Of a stretch of 64,000 nt of DNA, positions 50,800 to 64,000 are shown in pieces. This DNA comes from Eledone cirrhosa (Eukaryota). The number at the start of each line of letters is the position of its first letter. Within the stretch, counting starts at the first letter, position 1. Both the position numbers and the translations under genes were made by a program. The notes beneath the pieces were generated by a model. That model had not been told where the DNA came from. It saw only the letters and a program-made list of their open reading frames with translations, and did no database searches. The stretch spans positions 198,276,001-198,340,000 of the forward strand of contig OZ024743.1 in assembly GCA_964016885.1 (NCBI GenBank), in the 5' to 3' direction.

Positions 50800-53700
50800 A
50801 TAAGTATGGATGTGAAAGGGTGATGTAATCGGTTTATATAAGTGTGGATGTGAGAGGGTGATGTAATTGGTTTCTATAAGATTGGATGTGAGAGGGTGAT
50901 ATAATCGGTTTCCGTAAGAATGGATGTGAGAGGGTGATGTAATCGATTTCTATAAGTATGGATGTGAGAGGGTTATATAATCTGTTTCTATAAGTATGGA
51001 TGTTAGTGGGTGATGTAATCAGTTTCTATAAGTATGGATGTGAGAGGGTGATGTAATCGGTTTCTGTAAATATGGATGTGAGATTGTGATGTAAACGGTT
51101 TCTATAAGTATGGATGTGCGAGGGTGATCTAATCGGTTACTATAGATATGGATGTGAGAGGGTTATGTAATCGGTTTCTCTAAGTATGGATGTGAGTGGG
51201 TGATGTAATCGGTTTCTATAAGTATGGATGTGAGTGTGTGATGTAATCGGTTTTTATAAGTATGGATGTGAGTGGGTGATGTAATCGGTTTCCGTAACAA
51301 TGGATGCGAGAGGGTGATGTAAACGATTTCTATAAGTATGGATGTGAGAGGGTTATATAATCTGTTTCTATAAGTATGGATGTGAGTGGGTGATGTAATC
51401 GGTTTCTGTAAGTATGGATTTGAGAGGGTGATGTAATCTGTTTGTAAAAGTATGGATGTGAGTGGGTGATGTAATCGGTTTCTATAATTATGGATGTGAA
51501 ATGGTGATGTAATCGGTTTCTGTAAGTATGGATGTGAGAGTGTTATGTAATCGATTTGTGTAAATATGGATGTGGGTGGGTGATGTAATCGGTTTCTCTA
51601 ATTATGGATGTGAGTGGGTGATGTAATCGCTTTCTATAAGTATTGCTGTGAATGGGTTATGTAATCGGTTTCTATAAGTATGGATGTGAGAGGGTGATGT
51701 AATCGGTTTCTGTAAGTATGGATGTGAGAGTGTGATGTAATCTGTTTCTAAAAGTATGGATGTGAGTGGGTGATGTAATCAGTTTCTATAATTATGGATG
51801 TGAAATGGTGATGTAATCGGTTTCTGTAAGTATGGATGTGAGAAGGTGATGTAATCGGTTTCTATAATTATGGATGTGAGTGGGTGATGTAATCGGTTTC
51901 TATAAGTATGGATGTGAGAGTGTGATGTAAATGGTTTCTGTAAGTATGGATGTGAGAGGGTGATGTAATCGGTTTCTATAAATATGGATGTGTGTGTGAT
52001 GTAATCGGTTTCTGTAAGTATCGATGTGAGAGGGCGATGTAATCAGTTTCTATAAGTACGGATGTGGGTGCGTGATGTAATCGGTTTCTATAAGTATGGA
52101 TGTGAGAGGGTGATGCAATCGGTTTCTGTAAGTATGGATGTGAGAGGGCGATGTAATCGGTTTCTATAAGTATGGATGTCAGTGGGTCATGTAATCGGTT
52201 TCTGTTTGTATGGATGTGGGAGTGTGATGTAATCGGTTTCTGTAAATATGGATGTGGGTGGGTGATGTAATCGGTTTCTCTAATTATCGATGTGAGATGG
52301 TGATGTAATCTGGTTATGTAAGTATGGATGTGACAGGGGGATGTAATCGGTTTCTATATTTATGGATGTAAGTGGCTGATTTAATCGGTTTCTATAAGTA
52401 TGGATGTGAGAGGGTGATGTAAACGGTTTCTCTATGTATGGATGTAATAGGGTGATGTAATCGGTTTCTGTAAGTATGGATGTGAGAAGGTGATGTAATC
52501 GGTTTCTGTAAGTATGGATGTGAGAGGGTGATGTAATCGGTTTCTCTGTGTATGGATGTAATAGGGTGATGTAATCGGTTTCTATAATTATGGATGTAGG
52601 TGGCTGATGTAATCGGTTTCTATAAGTATGGATGTGAGAGGGTGATGTAAACGGTTTCTCTAAGTATGGATGTGAGAGGGTGATGTAATTTGTTTCTAAT
52701 AGTATGGATGTGAGTGGGTGATGTAATCGGTTTCTATAAGTATGGATGTGAGTGGCTGATGTAATCGGTTTCTGTAAGTAAGGATGTGCGAGGGTGATGT
52801 AATCGGTTACTATAAGTATGGATGTGAGAGGGTGACGTAATCGGTTTCTATAAGTATGGATGTGAGTGGATGATGTAATCGGTTTCTGTAAGTAAGGATG
52901 TGCTAGTGTGATGTAATCGGTTTCTGTAAGTATGGATATGAGAGGGGGATGTAATCGGTTTCTCTAAGTATGGATGAGAGGGTGATGTAATCAGTTTCTA
53001 TATGTATGGATGTGAGTGGGTGATGTAATCGGTTTCTGTATGTATGCATGTGAGAGTGTGATGTAATCGGTTTCTATAAGTATGGATGTGAGTGTGTGAT
53101 GTAATCGGTTTCTATAAGTATGGATGTGAGAGGGCGATGTAATCGGTTTCCGTAACAATGGATGCGAGAGGGTGATGTAAACGATTTCTATAAGTATGGA
53201 TGTGAGAGGGTTATATAATCTGTTTCTATAAGTATGGATGTGAGTGGGTGATGTAATCGGTTTCTGTAAGTATGGATATGAGAGGGTGATGTAATCTGTT
53301 TGTAAAAGTATGGATGTGAGTGGGTGATGTAATCGGTTTCTATAATTATGGATGTGAAATGGTGATGTAATCGGTTTCTGTAAGTATGGATGTGAGAGTG
53401 TTATGTAATCGATTTATGTAAATATGGATGTGGGTGGGTGATGTAATCGGTTTCTCTAATTATGGATGTGAGTGGGTGATGTAATCGCTTTCTATAAGTA
53501 TTGCTGTGAATGGGTTATGTAATCGGTTTCTATAAGTATGGATGTGAGAGGGTGATGTAATCGGTTTCTGTAAGTATGGATGTGAGAGGGTGATGTAATC
53601 TGTTTCTAAAAGTATGGATGTGAGTGGGTGATGTAATCAGTTTCTATAATTATTAATGTGAAATGGTGATGTAATCGGTTTCTGTAAGTATGGATGTGAG

Positions 53701-56700
53701 AGGGTGATGTAATCGGTTTCTATAATTATGGATGTGAGTGGGTGATGTAATCGGTTTCTGTAAATATGGATGTGAGAGGGTGATGTAATCGGTTTCTATA
53801 ATTATGGATGTGAGTGGGTGATGTAATCGGTTTCTATAAGTATGGATGTGAGAGTGTGATGTAAATGGTTTCTGTAAGTATGGATGTGAGAGGGTGATGT
53901 AATCGGTTTCTATAAATATGGATGTGTGTGTGATGTAATCGGTTTCTGTAAGTATGGATGTGAGAGGGCGATGTAATCAGTTTCTATAAGTACGGATGTG
54001 GGTGCGTGATGTAATCGGTTTCTATAAGTATGGATGTGAGAGGGTGATGTAATCGGTTTCTGTAAGTATGGATGTGAGAGGGCGATGTAATCGGTTTCTA
54101 TAAGTATGGATGTCAGTGGGTCATGTAATCGGTTTCTGTTTGTATGGATGTGGGAGTGTGATATAGTCGGTTTCTGTAAATATGGATGTGGGTGGGTGAT
54201 GTAATCGGTTTCTCTAATTATCGATGTGAGATGGTGATGTAATCTGGTTATGTAAGTATGGATGTGACAGGGGGATGTAATCGGTTTCTATATTTATGGA
54301 TGTAAGTGGCTGATTTAATCGGTTTCTATAAGTATGGATGTGAGAGGTTGATGTAAACGGTTTCTCTATGTATGGATGTAATAGGGTGATGTAATCGGTT
54401 TCTGTAAGTATGGATGTGAGAAGGTGATGTAATCGGTTTCTGTAAGTATGGATGTGAGAGGGTGATGTAATCGGTTTCTCTGTGTATGGATGTAATAGGG
54501 TGATGTAATCGGTTTCTATAATTATGGATGTAGGTGGCTGATGTAATCGGTTTCTATAAGTATGGATGTGAGAGGGTGATGTAAACGGTTTCTCTAAGTA
54601 TGGATGTGAGAGGGTGATGTAATTTGTTTCTAATAGTATGGATGTGAGTGGGTGATGTAATCGGTTTCTATAAGTATGGATGTGAGTGGCTGATGTAAAC
54701 GGTTTCTGTAAGTAAGTATGTGCGAGGGTGATGTAATCGGTTACTATAAGTATGGATGTGAGAGGGTGACGTAATGGGTTTCTATAAGTATGGATGTTAG
54801 TGGGTGATGTAATCGGTTTCTGTAAGTAAGGATGTGCGAGGGTGATGTAATCGGTTTCTGTAAGTATGGATATGAGAGGGGGATGTAATCGGTTTCTCTA
54901 AGTATGGATGAGAGGGTGATGTAATCAGTTTCTATATGTATGGATGTGAGTGGGTGATGTAATCGGTTTCTGTATGTATGCATGTGAGAGAGTGATGTAA
55001 TCGGTTTCTATAAGTATGGATGTGAGTGTGTGATGTAATCGGTTTCTATAAGTATGGATGTGAGAGGGCGATGTAATCGGTTTCCGTAACAATGGATGCG
55101 AGAGGGTGATGTAAACGATTTCTATAAGTATGGATGTGAGAGGGTTATATAATCTGTTTCTATAAGTATGGATGTGAGTGGGTGATGTAATCGGTTTCTG
55201 TAAGTATGGATGTGAGTGGGTGATGTAATCGCTTTCTATAAGTATTGCTGTGAATGGGTTATGTAATCGGTTTCTATAAGTATGGATGTGAGAGGGTGAT
55301 GTAATCGGTTTCTGTAAGTATGGATGTGAGAGGGTGATGTAATCTGTTTCTAAAAGTATGGATGTGAGTGGGTGATGTAATCAGTTTCTATAATTATGGA
55401 TGTGAAATGGTGATGTAATCGGTTTCTGTAAGTATGGATGTGAGAGGGTGAAGTAATCGGTTTCTATAATTATGGATGTGAGTGGGTGATGTAATCGGTT
55501 TCTGTAAATATGGATGTGAGAGGGTGATGTAATCGGTTTCTATAAATATGGATGTGTGTGTGATGTAATCGGTTTCTGTAAGTATGGATGTGAGAGGGCG
55601 ATGTAATCAGTTTCTATAAGTACGGATGTGGGTGCGTGATGTAATCGGTTTCTATAAGTATGGATGTGAGAGGGTGATATAATCGGTTTCTGTAAGTATG
55701 GATGTGAGAGGGCGATGTAATCGGTTTCTATAAGTATGGATGTCAGTGGGTCATGTAATCGGTTTCTGTTTGTATGGATGTGGGAGTGTGATATAATCGG
55801 TTTCTGTAAATATGGATGTGGGTGGGTGATGTAATCGGTTTCTCTAATTATCGATGTGAGATGGTGATGTAATCTGGTTATGTAAGTATGGATGTGACAG
55901 GGGGATGTAATCGGTTTCTATATTTATGGATGTAAGTGGCTGATTTAATCGGTTTCTATAAGTATGGATGTGAGAGGGTGATGTAAACGGTTTCTCTATG
56001 TATGGATGTAATAGGGTGATCTAATCGGTTTCTGTAAGTATGGATGTGAGAAGGTGATGTAATCGGTTTCTGTAAGTATGGATGTGAGAGGGTGATGTAA
56101 TCGGTTTCTCTGTGTATGGATGTAATAGGGTGATGTAATCGGTTTCTATAATTATGGATGTAGGTGGCTGATGTAATCGGTTTCTATAAGTATGGATGTG
56201 AGAGGGTGATGTAAACGGTTTCTCTAAGTATGGATGTGAGAGGGTGATGTAATTTGTTTCTAATAGTATGGATGTGAGTGGCTGATGTAATCGGTTTCTG
56301 TAAGTAAGGATGTGCGAGGGTGATGTAATCGGTTACTATAAGTATGGATGTGAGAGGGTGACGTAATCGGTTTCTATAAGTATGGATGTGAGTGGGTGAT
56401 GTAATCGGTTTCTGTAAGTAAGGATGTGCGAGGGTGATGTAATCGGTTTCTGTAAGTATGGATATGAGAGGGGGATGTAATCGGTTTCTCTAAGTATGGA
56501 TGAGAGGGTGATGTAATCAGTTTCTATATGTATGGATGTGAGTGGGTGATGTAATCGGTTTCTGTATGTATGCATGTGAGAGAGTGATGTAATCGGTTTC
56601 TATAAGTATGGATGTGAGTGTGTGATGTAATTGGTTTCTATAAGTATGGATGTGAGTGGGTGATGTAATCGGTTTCTGTAAATATTGGATGTGAGAGGGT

Positions 56701-59700
56701 GATGTAATCAGTTTCTGTAAGTGTGGATGTGAATGGGTGATGTAATCAGTTTCTCTAAATATGAATGTGAGAGGGTGATGTAATTGGTTTCTGTAAGTAT
56801 GGATGTGAGAGGGTGATGTAATCGGTTTCTGTAAGTATGGATGCGAGAGTGTTATGTAATCGGTTTCTCTAATTATGGATGTGAGAGGGCGATGTGATCA
56901 GTTTCTATAAGTATGGATGTGAGTGGGTGATGTAATCGGTTTCTATAAGTATGGATGTGAGTGTTTGATGTAATCGGTTTCTATAAGTATGGATGTCAGT
57001 GGGTGATGTAATCGGTTTCCGTAGGAATGGATGTGAGAGGGTGATGTAATCGATTTCTATAAATATGGATGTGAGAGGGTTATATAATCAGTTTCTATAA
57101 GTATGGATGTTAGTGGGTGATGTAATCGGTTTCTGTATGTATGCATGTGAGAGAGTGATGTTATCGGTTTCTATAAGTATGGATGTGAGTGTGTGATGTA
57201 ATCGGTTTCTATAAGTATGGATGTGAGAGGGTGATGTAATCGGTTTCTGTAAATATTGGATGTGAGAGGGTGATGTAATCAGTTTCTGTAAGTGTGGATG
57301 TGAATAGGTGATGTAATCAGTTTCTCTAAATATGAATGTGAGAGTGTGATGTAATTGGTTTCTGTAAGTATGGATGTGAGAGGGTTATGTAATCGGTTTC
57401 TCTAAGTATGGATGTGAGTGGGAGACGTAATCGGTTTCTCTATGTATGGATGTGAATGGGTGATGTAATCGGTTTCTCTAAGTATGGATGTGAGATGGTG
57501 ATGTAATCGGTTTCTATAAGTATGGATGTGAGTGTGTGATGTAATCGGTTTCTATAAGTATGGATGTCAGTGGGTGACGTAATCGATTTCCGTAAGAATG
57601 GATGTGAGAGGGTGATGTAATCGATTTCTATAAATATGGATGTGAGAGGGTTATATAATCTGTTTCTATAAGTATGGATGTGAGTGGGTGATGTAATCGG
57701 TTTGTGTAAGTATTGATGTGAGTGGGTGATGTAATCGGTTTCTATAAGTAAGGATGTGAGAGGGTGAGGTAATCGGTTTCTATAAGTATGGATGTGAATG
57801 TGTGATGTAATCGGTTTCTGTAAGAATGGATGTGAGAGCGTGATGTAATCGGTTTCTATATGTATGGATGTGAGTGTGTGATGTAATCGGTTTCTATAAG
57901 TATGGATGTGAGAGGGTGATGTAATCGGTTTCTGTAAGTATGGATGTGAGAGGGCGATGTAATCGGTTTCTCTAAGTATGGATGTGAGTGGGTGATGTAA
58001 TCGGTTTCTATAAGTATGGATGTCTGTGGGTCATGTAATCGGTTTCTGTTTGTATGGATGTGGGAGTGTGATGTAATCGGTTTCTGTAAATATGGATGTG
58101 AGTGGGTGATGTAATCGGTTTCTCTAATTATCGATGTGAGATGGTGATGTAATCTGGTTATGTAAGTATGGATGTGACAGGGGGATGTAATCGGTTTCTA
58201 TATTTATGGATGTAAGTGGCTGATTTAATCGGTTTCTATAAGTATGGATGTGAGAGGGTGATGTAAACGGTTTCTCTATGTATGGATGTAATAGGGTGAT
58301 GTAATCGGTTTCTGTAAGTATGGATGTGAGAGGGTGATGTAATCGGTTTCTCTGTGTATGGATGTAATAGGGTGATGTAATCGGTTTCTATAATTATGGA
58401 TGTAGGTGGATGATGTAATCGGTTTCTATAAGTATGGATGTGAGAGGGTGATGTAAACGGTTTCTCTAAGTATGGATGTGAGAGGGTGATGTAATTTGTT
58501 TATAGTAGTATGGATGTGAGTGGGTGATGTAATCGGTTTCTATAAGTATGGATGTGAGTGGCTGATGTGATCGGTTTCTGTAAGTAAGGATGTGCGAGGG
58601 TGATGTAATCGGTTACTATAAGTACGGATGTGAGAGGGTGACGTAATCGGTTTCTATAAGTATGGATGTGAGTGGCTGATGTAATCGGTTTCTGTAAGTA
58701 AGGATGTGCGAGGATGATGTAATCGGTTTCTGTAAGTATGGATATGAGAGGGGGATGTAATCGGTTTCTCTAAGTATGGATGAGAGGGTGATGTAATCAG
58801 TTTCTATAAGTATGGATGTTAGTGGGTGATGTAATCGGTTTCTGTATGTATGCATGTGAGAGAGTGATGTTATCGGTTTATATAAGTATGGATGTGAGTG
58901 TGTGATGTAATCGGTTTCTATAAGTATGGATGTGAGAGGGTGATGTAATCGGTTTCTGTAAATATTGGATGTGAGAGGGTGATGTAATCAGTTTCTGTAA
59001 GTGTGGATGTGAATAGGTGATGTAATCAGTTTCTCTAAATATGAATGTGAGAGTGTGATGTAATTGGTTTCTGTAAGTATGGATGTGAGAGGGTTATGTA
59101 ATCGGTTTCTCTAAGTATGGATGTGAGTGGGAGACGTAATCGGTTTCTCTATGTATGGATGTGAATGGGTGATGTAATCGGTTTCTCTAAGTATGGATGT
59201 GAGAGGGTGATGTAATCGGTTTCTATAAGTATGGATGTGAGTGTGTGATGTAATCGGTTTCTATAAGTATGGATGTCAGTGGGTGACGTAATCGATTTCC
59301 GTAAGAATGGATGTGAGAGGGTGATGTAATCGATTTCTATAAATATGGATGTGAGAGGGTTATATAATCTGTTTCTATAAGTATGGATGTGAGTGGGTGA
59401 TGTAATCGGTTTGTGTAAGTATTGATGTGAGTGGGTGATGTAATCTGTTTCTATAAGTAAGGATGTGAGAGGGTGATGTAATCGGTTTCTATAAGTATGG
59501 ATGTGAATGTGTGATGTTTTCGGTTTCTGTAAGAATGGATGTCAGAGGGTGAGGTAATCGGTTTCTATAAGTATGGATGTGAATGTGTGATGTAATCGGT
59601 TTCTGTAAGAATGGATGTGAGAGCGTGATGTAATCGGTTTCTATATGTATGGATGTGAGTGTGTGATGTAATCGGTTTCTATAAGTATGGATGTGAGAGG

Positions 59701-62700
59701 GTGAGGTAATCGGTTTCTGTAAGTATGGATGTGAGAGGGCGATGTAATCGGTTTCTCTAAGTATGGATGTGAGTGGGTGATGTAATCGGTTTCTATAAGT
59801 ATAGATGTGAGTGGGTGATGTAACCGGTTTCTATAAGTATGGATGTCTGTGGGTCATGTAATCGGTTTCTGTTTGTATGGATGTGGGAGTGTGATGTAAT
59901 CGGTTTCTGTAAATATGGATGTGAGTGGGTGATGTAATCGGTTTCTCTAATTATCGATGTGAGATGGTGATGTAATCTGGTTATGTAAGTATGGATGTGA
60001 CAAGGGCATGTAATCGGTTTCTATATTTATGGATGTTAGTGGCTGATTTAATCGGTTTCTATAAGTATGGATGTGAGAGGGTGATGTAAACGGTTTCTCT
60101 ATGTATGGATGTAATAGGGTGATGTAATCGGTTTCTGTAAGTATGGATGTGAGAGGGTGATGTAATCGGTTTCTCTGTGTATGGATGTAATAGGGTGATG
60201 TAATCGGTTTCTATAATTATGGATGTAGGTGGATGATGTAATCGGTTTCTATAAGTATGGATGTGAGAGGGTGATGTAAACGGTTTCTCTAAGTATGGAT
60301 GTGAGAGGGTGATGTAATTTGTTTATAATAGTATGGATGTGAGTGGGTGATGTAATCGGTTTCTATAAGTATGGATGTGAGTGGCTGATGTGATAGGTTT
60401 CTGTAAGTAAGGATGTACGAGGGTGATGTAATCGGTTACTATAAGTACGGATGTGAGAGGGTGACGTAATCGGTTTCTATAAGTATGGATGTGAGAGGGT
60501 GATGTAATCGGTTTCTGTAAATATTGGATGTGAGAGGGTGATGTAATCAGTTTCTGTAAGTGTGGATGTGAATGGGTGATGTAATAAGTTTCTCTAAATA
60601 TGAATGTGAGAGTGTGATGTAATTGGTTTCTGTAAGTATGGATGTGAGAGGGTTATGTAATCGGTTTCTCTAAGTATGGATGTGAGTGGGAGACGTAATC
60701 GGTTTCTCTATGTATGGATGTGAATGGGTGATGTAATCGTTTTCTCTAAGTATGGATGTGAGAGGGTGATGTAATCGGTTTCTATAAGTATGGATGTGAG
60801 TGTGTGATGTAATCGGTTTCTATAAGTATGGATGTCAGTGGGTGACGTAATCGATTTCCGTAAGAATGGATGTGAGAGGGTGATGTAATCGATTTCTATA
60901 AATATGGATGTGAGAGCGTTATATAATCTGTTTCTATAAGTATGGATGTGAGTGGGTGATGTAATCGGTTTGTGTAAGTATTGATGTGAGTGGGTGATGT
61001 AATCTGTTTCTATAAGTATGGATGTGAGAGGGTGATGTAATCGGTTTCTATAAGTATGGATGTGAATGTGTGATGTTTTCGGTTTCTGTAAGAATGGATG
61101 TCAGAGGGTGAGGTAATCGGTTTCTATAAGTATGGATGTGAATGTGTGATGTAATCGGTTTCTGTAAGAATGGATGTGAGAGCGTGATGTAATCGGTTTC
61201 TGTAAGTATGGATGTGCGAGGGTGATGTAGTCGGTTTCTATAAGTATGGATGTGAGAGTGTGATCTAATCGGTTACTATAAGTATGGATGTGAGAGGGTT
61301 ATGTAATCGGTTTCTCTATGTATGGATGTGTATGGGTGATGTAATCGGTTTCCCTAAGTATGGTTTTGAGAGCGCGATGTAATCAGTTTCTATAAGTATG
61401 AATGTGAGTGTGTGATGTAATCGGTTTCTATAAGTATGGATGTGAGTGGGTGATGTAATCGGTTTCCGTAACAATGGATGCGAGAGGGTGATGTAATCGG
61501 TTTCCGTAACAATGGATGCGAGAGGGTTATATAATCTGTTAATATAAGTATTGCTGTGAGTGGGTGATGTAATCGGTTTCTGTAAATATGGATGTGGGTG
61601 GGTGATGTAATCGGTTTCTCTAATTATTTCTATGTGTGCGTGTGTTGTAATCGGTTTCTATAAATATGGATGTGAGTGGGTGATATAATCGGTTTTCTGT
61701 AAGTATGGATGTGAGAGTGTTATGTAATCGATTTATGTAAATATGGATGTGGGTGGGTGATGTAATCGGTTTCTCTAATTATGGATGTGAGTGGGTGATG
61801 TAATCGCTTTCTATAAGTATTGCTGTGAATGGGTTATGTAATCGGTTTCTATAAGTATGGATGTGAGAGGGTGAGGTAATCGGTTTCTGTAAGTATGGAT
61901 GTGAGAGGGTGATGTAATCTGTTTCTAAAAGTATGGATGTGAGTGGGTGATGTAATCAGTTTCTATAATTATGGACGTGAAATGATGATGTAATCGGTTT
62001 CTGTAAGTATGGATGTGTGAGGGTGATGTAATCGGTTTCTATAATTATGGATGTGAGTGGGTGATGTAATCGGTTTCTATAAGTATGGATGTGTGAGGGT
62101 GATGTAATCGGTTTCTATAATTATGGATGTGAGAGTGTGATGTAAATGGTTTCTGTAAGTATGGATGTGAGAGGGTGATGTAATCGGTTTCTATAAATAT
62201 GGATGTGTGTGTGATGTAATCGGTTTCTGTAAGTATGGATGTGAGAGGGCGATGTAATCAGTTTCTATAAGCACGGATGTGGGTGCGTGATGTAATCGGT
62301 TTCTATAAGTATGGATGTGAGAGGGTGATGTAATCGGTTTCTGTAAGTATGGATGTGAGAGGGCGATGTAATCGGTTTCTATAAGTATGGATGTCAGTGG
62401 GTCATGTAATCGGTTTCTGTTTGTATGGATGTGGGAGTGTGATGTAATCGGTTTCTGTAAATATGGATGTGGGTGGGTGATGTAATCGGTTTCTCTAATT
62501 ATCGATGTGAGATGGTGATGTAATCTGGTTATGTAAGTATGGATGTGACAGGGGGATGTAATCGGTTTCTATATTTATGGATGTAAGTGGCTGATTTAAT
62601 CGGTTTCTATAAGTATGGATGTGAGAGGGTGATGTAAACGGTTTCTCTATGTATGGATGTAATAGGGTGATGTAATCGGTTTCTGTAAGTATGGATATGA

Positions 62701-64000
62701 GAAGGTGATGTAATCGGTTTCTGTAAGTATGGATGTGAGAGGGTGATGTAATCGGTTTCTCTGTGTATGGATGTAATAGGGTGATGTAATCGGTTTCTAT
62801 AATTATGGATGTAGGTGGCTGATGTAATCGGTTTCTATAAGTATGGATGTGAGAGGGTGATGTAAACGGTTTCTCTAAGTATGGATGTGAGAGGGTGATG
62901 TAATTTGTTTCTAATAGTATGGATGTGAGAGGGTGATGTACTCGGTTTCTATAAGTATGGATGTGAATGTGTGATGTTTTCGGTTTCTGTAAGAATGGAT
63001 GTCAGAGGGTGAGGTAATCGGTTTCTATAAGTATGGATGTGAATGTTTGATGTAATCGGTTTCTGTAAGAATGGATGTGAGAGCGTGATGTAATCGGTTT
63101 CTATATGTATGGATGTGAGTGTGTGATGTAATCGGTTTCTATAAGTATGGATGTGAGAGGGTGATGTAATCGGTTTCTGTAAGTATGGATGTGAGAGGGC
63201 GATGTAATCGGTTTCTCTAAGTATGGATGTGAGTGGGTGATGTAATCGGTTTCTATAAGTATAGATGTGAGTGGGTGATGTAACCGGTTTCTATAAGTAT
63301 GGATGTCTGTGGGTCATGTAATCGGTTTCTGTTTGTATGGATGTGGGAGTGTGATGTAATCGGTTTCTGTAAATATGGATGTGAGTGGGTGATGTAATCG
63401 GTTTCTCTAATTATCAATGTGAGATGGTGATGTAATCTGGTTATGTAAGTATGGATGTGACAGGGGGATGTAATCGGTTTCTATATTTATGGATGTAAGT
63501 GGCTGATTTAATCGGTTTCTATAAGTATGGATGTGAGAGGGTGATGTAAAAGGTTTCTCTATGTATGGATGTAATAGGGTGATGTAATCGGTTTCTGTAA
63601 GTATGGATGTGAGAGGGTGATGTAATCGGTTTCTCTGTGTATGGATGTAATAGGGTGATGTAATCGGTTTCTATAATTATGGATGTAGGTGGATGATGTA
63701 ATCGGTTTCTATAAGTATGGATGTGAGAGGGTGATGTAAACGGTTTCTCTAAGTATGGATGTGAGAGGGTGATGTAATTTGTTTATAAAAGTATGGATGT
63801 GAGTGGGTCATGTAATCGGTTTCTATAAGTATGGATGTGAGTGGCTGATGTGATCGGTTTCTGTAAGTAAGGATGTGCGAGGGTGATGTAATCGGTAACT
63901 ATAAGTACGGATGTGAGAGGGTGACGTAATCGGTTTCTATAAGTATGGATGTGAGTGGCTGATGTAATCGGTTTCTGTAAGTAAGGATGTGCGAGGATGA
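50800..64000. repeat. Satellite DNA, 38-bp monomer (consensus GGGTGATGTAATCGGTTTCTATAAGTATGGATGTGAGA), about 345 copies, continuing past the window end
   Basis: Period measured as 38 (GTAATCGG at 51661 and 51699). Occasional 36- and 39-bp variants; recurrent variant blocks show higher-order duplication. Confidence 0.98.

Noticed and set aside
54744-58855. Three near-identical 79-aa ORFs (MHTYRNRLHHPLTS...)
   Set aside because: Chance read-through of satellite variants that are repeated by higher-order duplication.
50800-64000. CRISPR-like periodic array
   Set aside because: Monomers are contiguous 38-mers with only point variants, with no unique spacers and no cas genes, in a eukaryotic context; it is a satellite.

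Overview
AT-rich, microsatellite-dense eukaryotic non-coding DNA. The repeat content (tRNA-derived SINEs with a Nin/Deu-type core, RTE LINEs with C2H2 fingers, very abundant (TA)n/(CA)n/(GA)n) suggests an octopus or other coleoid cephalopod; this is an inference. No intact host gene could be established. Most ORF-track entries are microsatellite or satellite read-through. The window holds five decayed Tx1/L1-clade LINE copies, one of them near full length (15400-20994) with an ORF1 zinc knuckle and APE-RT ORF2. It also holds two RTE remnants, an internally deleted mariner, a Penelope-like GIY-YIG 3' fragment, about 14 SINE copies, a probable non-autonomous Helitron-type element, MITE-like inverted repeats, and a >13 kb 38-bp satellite with mosaic higher-order structure (50800 to the window end). 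The most notable hidden layer is a set of type I hammerhead ribozyme motifs found by eye. Three are well formed (11722-11800 -, 23525-23580 +, 30528-30603 -) and several are partial or variant. They lie in small non-coding direct-repeat or fold-back elements embedded in (TA)n tracts, consistent with Penelope-dependent retrozyme-like mobile RNAs. Two Tx1 copies are flanked on both sides by (TATC)n, suggesting microsatellite target specificity. All coordinates and folds were read manually and may be off by a few bases.
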